A stretch of 31,155 bases of DNA from the IMG/VR virus record IMGVR_UViG_2548876865_000016, positions 1 through 31,155 of that record. One strand, 5' to 3'. The position numbers were made by a program, and so were the translations under genes. Within the stretch, counting starts at the first letter, position 1; the number at the start of each line of letters is the position of its first letter. The notes under the pieces were generated by a model. The model was given only the letters and a program-made list of their open reading frames with translations. It was not told where the DNA came from and did not search any database. Shown here in pieces: positions 1 through 8,980 of the stretch. This DNA is from a virus. Its lineage: Duplodnaviria > Heunggongvirae > Uroviricota > Caudoviricetes.

Positions 1-966
1 ATGAAGCTATACATCATCGGGAATGGGTTTGATCTGCATCACGAACTTGACACGAGCTATTTCTCATTTGGGGATTATCTTCGGAAGAAAGATCGAGACA
101 TTTACGATCACTTGGTTGAGTTTATGGGATTTACTGACTTACCCCCTTCTCTTTCCGCAGTTGATAAGTCAAAACATTCTCTTTGGTCTGATTTCGAAAA
201 CAGCTTAGCGGGTCTGGATACAGAGTCGGTGCTCGAAGAGTTTAGCTATCTTTTACCCCAAATTAGCAGCCCCGATTTTCGTGACAGGGACTGGAACTCA
301 TTATCCATTGAAATGGAACGTATACTAGAAAATTTAACCGAGGGACTTTTAACACAATTCAAGTCATTTATATTGCAGGTTAACTACCCCGAACTTAATT
401 TAAAAAAAAGATTGCGTATCGATTCTGATTCTATCTTTATCAGTTTTAATTACACTGAAACTCTTCAGAAATATTATAGTATTGATGATAGACAAATTTT
501 ATATATTCATGGGAAAGCATCATCAGATCAACAGTTGATTTTAGGTCATGGTATTGACCCTATCAACTTTGAAGAAAAGGAAGCAGTCCCGCCCGAAAAT
601 GCAACCGATGAAGAACTTGAAGAGTGGCGTCAGTGGATGGCTGATAATTACGATCACTCTTATGAAATGGGAAAGCAGACTATTAATAAATACTTCACTT
701 CTTCTTTTAAGAATACTGAAAAAGTCATTGCTGACAGCGCTAAATTTTTTAAAAATCTCAGTAACGTAGACGAAATCATCATCATCGGCCATTCGTTATC
801 ATCTGTAGATGTTCCCTACTTTTCTTTTATACATAGCATTGTTAGTAAAAATACGGAATGGATAGCCACCTATTATCAGGAAACTGAGCGTGAAGCACAT
901 CATACAACATTATGTGAGATTGGCATTAAATCTCCCAAACTGATTTCAGTAAGTAAACTTCTATAA
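1..966 (+). CDS. AbiH-family abortive-infection protein (321 aa; ORF starts at window position 1)
   Basis: N-terminal MKLYIIGNGFDLHHELDTSYFSFGDY matches the AbiH family N-terminal signature as I recall it; clearly AT-richer than the phage backbone; convergent with the tail operon. Confidence 0.55.
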   Translation: MKLYIIGNGFDLHHELDTSYFSFGDYLRKKDRDIYDHLVEFMGFTDLPPSLSAVDKSKHSLWSDFENSLAGLDTESVLEEFSYLLPQISSPDFRDRDWNSLSIEMERILENLTEGLLTQFKSFILQVNYPELNLKKRLRIDSDSIFISFNYTETLQKYYSIDDRQILYIHGKASSDQQLILGHGIDPINFEEKEAVPPENATDEELEEWRQWMADNYDHSYEMGKQTINKYFTSSFKNTEKVIADSAKFFKNLSNVDEIIIIGHSLSSVDVPYFSFIHSIVSKNTEWIATYYQETEREAHHTTLCEIGIKSPKLISVSKLL

Positions 967-1440
967 ATAGAACAAAATATCACCCAGAGGGCGGGGGTTT
1001 TTATACGTTCCCTCCCCCTTAGCTAGAGATCCTTTTATCAAAACTTCGTGCATCATTTTGCAAAGCCCAAATAAAAGCAAACTAGCCGCCAGCCCGCGCC
1101 GCACAAGGCTTCACAATATCCGCCCCCGAAAACCATCGGATACAACCGAATCATTGTGATCGTCACGGAAACTAAAACGATCCTTTTAAAAACATCATGT
1201 TATCCAGTCGGTTAGCGACTGGCGACGCGGTGACTTTTGCAAAGTGCTGCAAATCTTTGCGCAGAGTGCAAACGCCCGCAGGATGCAAAAGCCCAGCATC
1301 GGCGCAGGCTGGCGGGGTGCTTTGCACAAAATTTCTTTTGCAAAATTTTTATGATCCAAACTGCGCAGGCGGGTGCGGTGTAGCGCCGTTTCCGTCCTGG
1401 ATCCGCTTCCGTCTGCCTGCTGTCGCTTACGCTGTGGGCC

Positions 1441-1483
1441 GCTGTTGAACAAACGAAAGAAAGGCCGCACGGTGGCGACCTTT
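1441..1483 (-). terminator. Putative intrinsic terminator at the end of the tail operon
   Basis: On the minus strand a GC-rich hairpin (AAAGGUCGC-loop-GCGGCCUUU) is followed by a U-rich run (CUUUCGUUUGUU), ~65 nt after the stop of the 1549..3273 gene. Confidence 0.4.
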
Positions 1484-1548
1484 AATATTTGCGCCTGCTG
1501 TGGCGCGTTCTGTGGTGTCTGGTGAGGTGTGCGGTAATGCCGTTTTTG

Positions 1549-3273
1549 TCAGGCTATCAGGGGACCGTATTTGCTTTTCAATGTACCGGTTTTAGTGGCC
1601 GTTGCGCTGAACTGCGCAGCCTGCCCGCTGGCCCCTGTGTTGGGGTGAGTATGTGACGCGGCAGTCTCTGCCAGTTCCCTCACCACGTCCAGGGTGTCGG
1701 TGAGTAGTGTCAGGACGTTAATCTCTTCGCTTCCCAGTTTTACCACCGGGGCAATCAGCTGTTGCGCCTGGGCCACACTTCGGCGGATACCGCTGATTTT
1801 CTCAGTCAGTGCGCCGCTGACGTTTGACGTGACATTCCCTTTCACGTCGTCTGTAACATCGCCCGCGACGTCCCGTTTTGCGTTCCGGCCAACACTGACG
1901 GAATTGTCCTTGCTGCAGGTTACTGTCAGGTTGCCGGATGTGCCGATACTGTAATCACCCTCGCTGATATGGACCACCGCCCCGGCCAGAAGAGTGGCCG
2001 TGCCAAGCACGGTTGTTTTATCCGTTGCCTGGACCGTAGTTTCACGGACAACCACTTTGCGGATCTCTTCGTCGGTGGTGACTTCGCGCATCATGGAGTT
2101 TTCGCGGATTGTCTGGTCCGTCTGGCGTTCCCAGTCTCCGGCAACCGTCACGCGCTGCGATACACCATCGCGCTGTTGCTGCAACTGCTCGCCGGGTTTA
2201 ACCGCTGGCAGGTTATGACCCTCCGCCATAATCTGGCGCACGAAGGGCTTATCCTGCCGCCCCTCAGTGAACCCGATTTCAACCAGCGTGCCAGGGGGCG
2301 GAAACTGGAACATTCCCGACTCGCTGCCCGCCATTGGTACAGGTAGCGGAACGGCAGAATAAACCGGCGTATTTGCGGCTGGCTTGCCGTATTCGTCAAG
2401 CAGCTGGAGATCCACGGCATAGCGCGGGCGGAATGGATCGGCAATATTACCCCCTGAAACATCCTCGCTTGGCGCTTCCACCCTGGCGAATTTTGGAAGA
2501 TGCAGGCCGCTTGCCAGCTCCGGGAATGCGTTTTCAATCTGCCGCTGAATGGGTGATTTTTGCAATGGCTGGCCGTTGGCTTTGTTGCGTGGCTGCCAGG
2601 TGATTGTCATGTCGTCGTTATTTAGCCGGACCTGGTTTAACCGCTGGCCGTTCACCTCAGCACCCGGGCGCAGGCTCTGAATCATCGGCACAACCATTGA
2701 ATTGCCGCCTGCCGATGCCTGGCTAAATTCGTGCGGGATCTCTACTGGTTTACCCGCAAAAAGACTGTGCTCAGCAGCACCGACGAAGACATCCCCGTCC
2801 GGCAGCTGATACCAAAGATAATCCGTCACTGAAAATGCTCGGCCCAGACTGGCAAAAAGCTGGTAGCCCGTGCCGCTGTGCGTAAAGTGGGGGATCGGTT
2901 TATCTGCATAAGCAGCGCCGACCGGCGTTGTGACGGTCAGCCCGCTTTGCTCACTTATCCAGTCAGTAATCTGGCGCAACGTTGGATGCTGGAAAGAACA
3001 CGGCCACAATTTATCAAAGATGCCGACCAGCTCACGCACGAACAACCGGCATGTTCCATTATCAGCAGGCTGTGACCGTTCGACGTACCCGGTAAACCAG
3101 CGCAGGACCAGACCATCATAACCAACATCGATACGCACCATTTTGCCGGTGTAATCTGTCTCTGTCCCCGCCGTAATAAACCCCCGACCGCACGCGTTCA
3201 GCTCCAGCACGATATTGCAGTCAATCAGATGGACCGGATCAGAGGAAAGGTACAGGCGTTTAATTGGTTTCAT
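1549..3273 (-). CDS. Baseplate hub / central spike fusion protein (gpD-like N-terminus, gpV/gp5-like OB-fold, beta-helical repeat C-terminus; VgrG-like)
   Basis: 574 aa; central GMFQFPPPGTLVEIGFTEGRQDKPFV resembles the gpV/gp5 OB-fold motif; C-terminal VxGxxxxx-type repeats (DVAGDVTDDVKGNVTSNVSG); last gene of the tail array. Confidence 0.5.
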   Translation of the reverse strand: MKPIKRLYLSSDPVHLIDCNIVLELNACGRGFITAGTETDYTGKMVRIDVGYDGLVLRWFTGYVERSQPADNGTCRLFVRELVGIFDKLWPCSFQHPTLRQITDWISEQSGLTVTTPVGAAYADKPIPHFTHSGTGYQLFASLGRAFSVTDYLWYQLPDGDVFVGAAEHSLFAGKPVEIPHEFSQASAGGNSMVVPMIQSLRPGAEVNGQRLNQVRLNNDDMTITWQPRNKANGQPLQKSPIQRQIENAFPELASGLHLPKFARVEAPSEDVSGGNIADPFRPRYAVDLQLLDEYGKPAANTPVYSAVPLPVPMAGSESGMFQFPPPGTLVEIGFTEGRQDKPFVRQIMAEGHNLPAVKPGEQLQQQRDGVSQRVTVAGDWERQTDQTIRENSMMREVTTDEEIRKVVVRETTVQATDKTTVLGTATLLAGAVVHISEGDYSIGTSGNLTVTCSKDNSVSVGRNAKRDVAGDVTDDVKGNVTSNVSGALTEKISGIRRSVAQAQQLIAPVVKLGSEEINVLTLLTDTLDVVRELAETAASHTHPNTGASGQAAQFSATATKTGTLKSKYGPLIA

Positions 3274-3280
3274 CGTTTAA

Positions 3281-3823
3281 TTACCCCAGCGCATCGTTGA
3301 CCGGCTTTAAGACCTTTTCTTCAAACCAGCTCATTTTGTCGGCTGGTTCATCAGCACCGGCGGCCGGACCCGCGCCCTTTGCCCCTGTTTGCCTGGTGGT
3401 GGCCGTCGCGTTGCCTTTTCTGGCCTGTCGTTTTTCCGGGACGCTGCCTTTTTCACGCAGGGTGAAACTTACCTGCCAGGCAAGGTGATCCTCCTGCGGT
3501 ACGGCATCAATCTGACCGGTGAACGTGGCTTCACGAAGGTTGATGGCCGTTGCCGTCGCATTGGCAACACGGTACTTTTTCAGTGCTCCGCTGGCTTCGG
3601 TTGCGGATGCCAGCTGGAAAAGCCGCTGTAAAACGGCTTCATCGTCGAATGTCACCAGACCCGACACGCGCAGCTCTTTGGCCTTGATACCCTGTTCAGC
3701 ATTGGCCGTGCTCGATGTCTGGCCCGACTGGTCCTTCTCCTGAAACTGCATGGAAGGTGAAACCAGCATGTTCTGCATGGCGATCCCTTCACCATCAAGC
3801 GCGAGTAATGCGGTCTGGCTCAT
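3281..3823 (-). CDS. Hypothetical protein in the distal tail operon (180 aa)
   Basis: ATG start with strong SD (GGGAGGA) upstream; tightly packed between flanking tail genes; backbone-like GC; no family recognised. Confidence 0.5.
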   Translation of the reverse strand: MSQTALLALDGEGIAMQNMLVSPSMQFQEKDQSGQTSSTANAEQGIKAKELRVSGLVTFDDEAVLQRLFQLASATEASGALKKYRVANATATAINLREATFTGQIDAVPQEDHLAWQVSFTLREKGSVPEKRQARKGNATATTRQTGAKGAGPAAGADEPADKMSWFEEKVLKPVNDALG

Positions 3824-4517
3824 GTAGCATCCTCCCTAAGTCAGATAACGAATCCCCGATAAACATCATCGCGGCGGTATGCACTGCCGTTGTTTGCGGG
3901 ATGCCTTTCAGCAATTCAGCGGCAGCAACGGCATAACTCCCGCTGTAACTGAATGAAAAAATATTCGCACTGGCGGCTTTCAGGTCGTCCAGTCCCTGGC
4001 TGAGTGAGGACAGCAAACCGGCCCGTTCCTGAATAAATCCCGTCACCTGGTTTTTTAGATCTGTTGTGGTGGTACTGACTGCGGCGGCCAGCTGCGCGGC
4101 GGCAACACGCTGGGCATTCAGCGCCAGCCGGTTGGTTGAGACTGATAACGGCGCACTGGCTGGCAATACATCGGCTTTAACCGGCAACTGCATTTTTACC
4201 GTGCTGAGTTCTGCGGCGGCTGCCGCCATGCGGCTTACCTGCGTAAAAACGGGGGCAGGAAATACGGTGGACAGTTTATTCAGCCCCTGCATAAATGCGT
4301 CGTGGGTATTCTCCGCTACCATCATGACGATGACATCGCCGCTACCGCCACCGGATAACAGCTTTTTAGCAAGATATCCCATCGCATTGGCCGGACTAAG
4401 ATAAGCGCCTGAATCCGTGGACTGACCCAGCCCATACACCCACGGATGGGCCGGAATGATTGAACAGGATAATGCCGACATATCATCGGCAATCCTTATA
4501 ATTGAATCACGCCACAT
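3795..4517 (-). CDS. Hypothetical Ala/Ser-rich protein in the distal tail operon (~240 aa; start ambiguous: TTG 4565, ATG 4517 or ATG 4481)
   Basis: Long ORF co-oriented with tail genes, overlapping the end of the tail fibre assembly gene; no family recognised. Confidence 0.4.
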   Translation of the reverse strand: MWRDSIIRIADDMSALSCSIIPAHPWVYGLGQSTDSGAYLSPANAMGYLAKKLLSGGGSGDVIVMMVAENTHDAFMQGLNKLSTVFPAPVFTQVSRMAAAAAELSTVKMQLPVKADVLPASAPLSVSTNRLALNAQRVAAAQLAAAVSTTTTDLKNQVTGFIQERAGLLSSLSQGLDDLKAASANIFSFSYSGSYAVAAAELLKGIPQTTAVHTAAMMFIGDSLSDLGRMLHEPDRITRA

Positions 4518-4944
4518 CGGCAGGTTGCTCCGGCCAGACAATATCTGTCGCTGAGTCGGTATCAATGCGCATCAGCGATACCCTGTATTCACGCCAGGCA
4601 GTAAAAAGCGCTTTTTCTGCGTCCGTCGCTTTACCCAGATCAACGGCATCCTGCAAAGGTGCCAGGATATTGCTGGCCGCAGCCATCAGGGCAGATTTTT
4701 GCGTCTCAGCCCTTACGATTGATTCTTCTTCAGAAAGCGGCAGGGGGTCAGAAAGGACCGGCTGACCATATTCATTTGGGATGATGATACGCCCTGAACT
4801 CTTATCAATCAGATACTGATACCAGCGCTCAGAAATCAACAAGGCGTCAGCAGGCCAGCCCAGTTCCGATTTTTCATAATCTGGCTTCAACGAAAGGAAG
4901 AAAAATCCATTCATGGAAGCACTGTAATAATATTGCTCATCCAT
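4507..4944 (-). CDS. Tail fibre assembly protein (Tfa / gpG-like chaperone)
   Basis: 145 aa; C-terminal ...LQDAVDLGKATDAEKALFTAWREYRVSLMRIDTDSATDIVWPEQP is the conserved Tfa motif; immediately downstream of the tail fibre gene. Confidence 0.75.
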   Translation of the reverse strand: MDEQYYYSASMNGFFFLSLKPDYEKSELGWPADALLISERWYQYLIDKSSGRIIIPNEYGQPVLSDPLPLSEEESIVRAETQKSALMAAASNILAPLQDAVDLGKATDAEKALFTAWREYRVSLMRIDTDSATDIVWPEQPADVA

Positions 4945-4947
4945 TTT

Positions 4948-6870
4948 TTAATATCCCGTTGCCAGCCAGAACAAAGGAAAGCCCTGGTTTGCGTTAAGCC
5001 TTGCCGTCGTATTGGAATATTGCGACACCGAACATTCGAGCGTCCCGGCCACATTCGAGGTAAAAGGCGTGACCTGAATATTCCGGCACGCATTCGGGAA
5101 TGCGATCGGGAACGTAATATTTTGATAACCGGACGTCTGGTTCGTGTAACCCCACTGACGGATCCTTCCTGTTGTTCCGTCGCGCTCCCAGCCGTTTTGC
5201 CCCAGGCTGGCCGTATTTTTCAGGTTATAGCGTGCGTCGCTCTCGGCTTTTGTATACGACCCAATCGACCCCGCCGAAATGGTGATGTTTGCTGTACCGT
5301 TAAATGCCACGCCGTTGATGGTGCGGGCGGTTTGCAATTGTGACGCTGAAACCGCATTACCATTTGACGCAAGAGCGCCAATCTCTGCCGGGGTGGGCTT
5401 GTTCGCCACATCATAGGCTTTTGTCCATGCAGACCAGGTGCCACCATAAAGCGTTCGGGCATAACTGCGGGAATTGTTGTACACGCGATAAATTTGCGTG
5501 ATTCCGGCATGCTTAAGGACTTCAAGAGAACCCGCGATCGCCTCCGGGTAATTCGTCCCGGTTTGCGCCTGCGCGTTCGCGGGCTGGTAATAAAGCCCTG
5601 GCGTGGTGTAGTTGTTCAGATTTGCTGCATTACCAATCCCTTCGGCCAACCGAAAAATATCAGACGGGAAAAGATCGATATTACTCGATAGCGCTCGACC
5701 GTTAACCGTTCGTGTTGAGGGCACGCGACTATTAGCATTATCGTTAGCCGCCTTAACTGCTTTCGGCGTCGCGGCGACGGCTTCCGACTCGCTGTCGGTG
5801 GCGCTGCTCAGTTGAATAATCCCTTTCTGCGCTGTCGTAGCGTCCTGCGCGGTGTATTTACCTTTCGCCAGGTCATAGGTTGCCTTAACCGCTTTCGGCG
5901 TTGCCGCTACTTCTTCAGAATCGCTATCCGTGGCGCTGCTTAATTGCGTGAATCCCTTTGCGGTTGTGGTGGCGTCCGGGTGGTTGCATGATTGTTCGTG
6001 TTTTTTCAGCGCATCACTGGCCTGTTGCTCGTTCAGCGTACCTTTTGGACGAAGATCGGTAATGACGCCGTTTGCGTCGATACTCGCAAGGGCAAACACG
6101 AAATGTTGCTCACCATTCTGCACGTAATCTTTAAGGTCGGCGGCAACCGTGATTTTGCTTTGTACCGCCCAAATGCTCGTAAGCGTTCCCATCCACGCCA
6201 CATCCAGCCAGACCTTAACCGGCTTTGTTGACACGGTAATATTCTGGTTTGCGGCCAACACTGAACGCAGACCGGCAAGGTATCCAGTACCTTTAGTGAC
6301 AAAATACTGGGTGCCTGTTTTCGCGACCAGATAACCCGCATCAAAGAACGACGCCGCACCATACAGATCGATATTTTCGCGGCGCTGGCGTTCATCCATT
6401 GCCGCCAGACGGGCAGTAAAATCAATCTGCCATGTCTCTGCCGGGGTGGTAATTTCCGTTGCTTCCCTGGCTCCGCTGTATTCCATCAGCATGGAACGGA
6501 CCAGAACGTTTCCCTGCTGGCCGTTCGCATTTTTGATTTTACGCTGGGTCGGGGCATGAATAATCATCGCCAGTGTACCGGTGGCTTTATTTGCCAGACC
6601 GATCCAGTTGAAATCAAAATCACCCACATCTGCCCCCATCGTGACGGAATAAACGACAGAGTTTTCATTCACAACACCGGATTTACTCACCACCTGACGA
6701 TAAACAATTTTATCCGCTGCGGGTGCTGTCTCGGTATTATCAATCGGCTTATCAGCATCCAGCCCCGGAATATACGCGAAAATAAATTCATCCAGCGCGA
6801 CGGGCTGATTATTAATAGCCTGCCTGGCTTTCCACTCTGTAAATGCTTTTGTAATAACGGCCTGTGACAT
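4948..6870 (-). CDS. Tail fibre protein (gpH-like) with internal tandem fibre repeat and divergent C-terminal receptor-binding region
   Basis: 640 aa; position between gpI-like and Tfa genes; two tandem ~44-aa repeats (…AKGFTQLSSATDSDSEEVAATPKAVKA… / …QKGIIQLSSATDSESEAVAATPKAVKA…). Confidence 0.8.
   Translation of the reverse strand: MSQAVITKAFTEWKARQAINNQPVALDEFIFAYIPGLDADKPIDNTETAPAADKIVYRQVVSKSGVVNENSVVYSVTMGADVGDFDFNWIGLANKATGTLAMIIHAPTQRKIKNANGQQGNVLVRSMLMEYSGAREATEITTPAETWQIDFTARLAAMDERQRRENIDLYGAASFFDAGYLVAKTGTQYFVTKGTGYLAGLRSVLAANQNITVSTKPVKVWLDVAWMGTLTSIWAVQSKITVAADLKDYVQNGEQHFVFALASIDANGVITDLRPKGTLNEQQASDALKKHEQSCNHPDATTTAKGFTQLSSATDSDSEEVAATPKAVKATYDLAKGKYTAQDATTAQKGIIQLSSATDSESEAVAATPKAVKAANDNANSRVPSTRTVNGRALSSNIDLFPSDIFRLAEGIGNAANLNNYTTPGLYYQPANAQAQTGTNYPEAIAGSLEVLKHAGITQIYRVYNNSRSYARTLYGGTWSAWTKAYDVANKPTPAEIGALASNGNAVSASQLQTARTINGVAFNGTANITISAGSIGSYTKAESDARYNLKNTASLGQNGWERDGTTGRIRQWGYTNQTSGYQNITFPIAFPNACRNIQVTPFTSNVAGTLECSVSQYSNTTARLNANQGFPLFWLATGY
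5750..6013 (-). repeat. Tandem duplication (2 x ~132 bp) inside the tail fibre gene, encoding the phage tail-fibre repeat
   Basis: Near-identical nucleotide blocks starting ~5750 and ~5882 (gccttaac(t/c)gctttcggcg...ggcgctgct...); in-frame 44-codon period. Coordinates approximate. Confidence 0.6.
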
Positions 6871-6881
6871 AGGTCTTTCCT

Positions 6882-7481
6882 CTACTTCAAACTTGCGCTG
6901 TACGTTGCTTCGGGCTGGTTATTCACATCGCCCAGGGTGGCAGGCCAGCAAATATATTCACCCTGATACCAGCCAATATTGATATTCAGTGGCAGGGCGG
7001 TAATCACTTCAAACTGGTAGCGGCGGCATGTGCGCCCGTATTTGCGGATTATTTCCAGCAGGAGATCGCCATTTTCCGCAATCTGGTTATTTGTCACACG
7101 AACGACAATAACGTCCCAGTCGAGTCCGTCCTGTCGTTCCAGTAATTCAACGTAACCAATCCCCAGTCGCTCAAAAATGGCAATAAAGCCCGCCACCTCT
7201 CCGGCCTGCTGCGCATTGATAAATGCGTAACTCACCCGTTTGCGGAAAATGTCGAGCGGCTCCCCCTTAAACCGAACGATGTCGCGTTCCCAGGCAATCA
7301 GGTTTAACAGCGGTTCGGGGCAGACCAGTGGGTCAAACTGCTTTAACGGCCAGGTAATCCACCCGTACACCTGCGACCAGAATTTCACGCAGCCACGCAA
7401 CAGCCTGGCGGGGTCGCCTTTGTTCAGCCACGACGGCAATTTCAGACCGGCAAGCAAGGTTGAAAACTCAGTCATTTTCAA
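6882..7481 (-). CDS. Baseplate/tail protein gpI-like
   Basis: 199 aa; sits between the J-like gene and the tail fibre gene as in P2 (J-I-H); overlapping start with upstream gene. Confidence 0.6.
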   Translation of the reverse strand: MKMTEFSTLLAGLKLPSWLNKGDPARLLRGCVKFWSQVYGWITWPLKQFDPLVCPEPLLNLIAWERDIVRFKGEPLDIFRKRVSYAFINAQQAGEVAGFIAIFERLGIGYVELLERQDGLDWDVIVVRVTNNQIAENGDLLLEIIRKYGRTCRRYQFEVITALPLNINIGWYQGEYICWPATLGDVNNQPEATYSASLK

Positions 7482-8652
7482 CCTCCACCGTTAACCCTGA
7501 CAGGCGCGGGACCGACAGTTCGCTGACAATATCCGTCAGTGAAAAATGCAGTGAATCGACAACCGGAAAAGCCTTGTGGATCTCGCGGCCCAGATTCGAA
7601 AAGGAATAGCGCGAATAGGGCTGCGTCTTTTTAACGTCGTAATTGGCGTTCTCGCGAAACGCGCAACGAATCAGGTCAGTAATACCGGTTTTTAACGCGT
7701 TCAGGCCTTCCGCTTCCATGTTTTCCACGCTTTTGACGTAGACCGTTACCGCCAGGGTGTGGCTGGTTTCCGGCATGGCATAACACTGCAGGTCATCACC
7801 GTGTCCGTGGTGGCCCTGGGTATTCACATAGTCGTTAACCGCATCAATAAAGGGCTGTGATATTTCGCCACTGTCCAGCAACAGGTAAGCATTTGCCGTA
7901 CCCGGCCCACGCGGGGCATCGTGCAAAAAGTAAATGCGATCAACGCTCAGGCCCAGCACGCTGGCAATCATGCTGCGGTAAATAGCATCAGAGTGGTAAT
8001 TACCTACCAGATTAAACTGGTTGCGGGTCCGGTCGCGCAGCTCGTCGTCGCTTTCCTCGTTAGCCCCTGGCGTAATCAGCCATTCGTCCTCGTTTACCGC
8101 GCTGGCAATCCCGGCCACCGCAACAGGTAAGATCCGGTAATAGCCGGGCGCAAGGTTATAGCCGCTACCGGTGCCGGTCGCCGTGACGGGAACCAGCCCG
8201 CTTTCAACCCCGGCAGGCAGCGTCACGTCTTCATTCACGGCCAGCACGTAAACCACGCCGTTAATACGCTCGGTTTGCACCAGTGTTCCGGCTGGCACGA
8301 CGACCACATCCGCCGCGTTCAGCTTGTAGAACCGCAGCACGCCAGCGGCAGCGCTGGCCGGTTTAGGCACGATATGGACCGCCCAGGCCAGCAGGCGCAG
8401 CATGGGACCGCTGGCCGTCGCAACAAACATATTGCGCAGAACCACATCGATCAGCGCCGCCCGCAGCCATAACACCGGCGTGGTGACAATCTTCGAAATC
8501 AGCCGCCAGAAAGGTGACATTCTTGACGTATTTGTGACGAACCCTTCCGCCTGCACGGTGGCTTTAAATGCCGCCGTAATTTCGGCCTCTGTCGCGGGCA
8601 TCCCGCTGTCATTCAGCACTTTTTCAAAATCAATGTCGGGTTTCTCAGTCAT
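7468..8652 (-). CDS. Baseplate protein J-like (start taken at ATG 8652, 2 nt after the upstream stop)
   Basis: ~394 aa; position W-J-I-H; ORF-track start at 8703 overlaps the upstream gene by 58 nt, whereas ATG at 8650-8652 has a GAGG SD and abuts the upstream stop. Confidence 0.65.
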   Translation of the reverse strand: MTEKPDIDFEKVLNDSGMPATEAEITAAFKATVQAEGFVTNTSRMSPFWRLISKIVTTPVLWLRAALIDVVLRNMFVATASGPMLRLLAWAVHIVPKPASAAAGVLRFYKLNAADVVVVPAGTLVQTERINGVVYVLAVNEDVTLPAGVESGLVPVTATGTGSGYNLAPGYYRILPVAVAGIASAVNEDEWLITPGANEESDDELRDRTRNQFNLVGNYHSDAIYRSMIASVLGLSVDRIYFLHDAPRGPGTANAYLLLDSGEISQPFIDAVNDYVNTQGHHGHGDDLQCYAMPETSHTLAVTVYVKSVENMEAEGLNALKTGITDLIRCAFRENANYDVKKTQPYSRYSFSNLGREIHKAFPVVDSLHFSLTDIVSELSVPRLSGLTVEVEND

Positions 8653-8980
8653 AGTTAACCTCTGTACCGACAGGGCCGAAATCGTAGGTTTCCGCCGTGA
8701 CATACAACCGCGAAAGGGTTTCTTCGGTGATCAATATGGTGCCGGGGACCAGACGTTCGTCGCTTTCCACCAGTAAGGACAGTTGCGTCAGCACGTCACC
8801 GCGCATTGTCGGGCTGCGCTCACCGATCAGGCGGGTGGTGATACCGCTTTCCAGAATGCTGTGAATAATGTCCTGGGTGATGCTGTCGCGGTTATCGCAA
8901 CGGCGCGGCTCGTTGCCGCTGTCCAGCGTGAAATCGCCGTCAGTGATCAAAAGGTCGATGTATAACGGTTCGGTACTCAT
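8645..8980 (-). CDS. Baseplate wedge protein gpW/gp25-like
   Basis: 111 aa; start overlaps the tape-measure stop; ...GERSPTMRGDVL... resembles the gp25/GPW family core; immediately upstream of the J-like gene. Confidence 0.45.
   Translation of the reverse strand: MSTEPLYIDLLITDGDFTLDSGNEPRRCDNRDSITQDIIHSILESGITTRLIGERSPTMRGDVLTQLSLLVESDERLVPGTILITEETLSRLYVTAETYDFGPVGTEVNYD

Noticed and set aside
975-1020. G-rich imperfect hairpin followed by T5 downstream of the AbiH gene considered as its terminator
   Set aside because: Stem is imperfect (about 8 of 10 pairs with a 12-nt loop) and the T-run sits inside the loop, not after the stem; too weak to call.
1195-1470. Overlapping ORFs on both strands (91 aa on -, 83 aa on + at 1197..1448) in the spacer between the AbiH gene and the hub gene
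   Set aside because: They overlap each other, are Arg/Cys-rich with no SD or recognisable domain, and look like chance ORFs in GC-rich non-coding DNA; the region is treated as non-coding.
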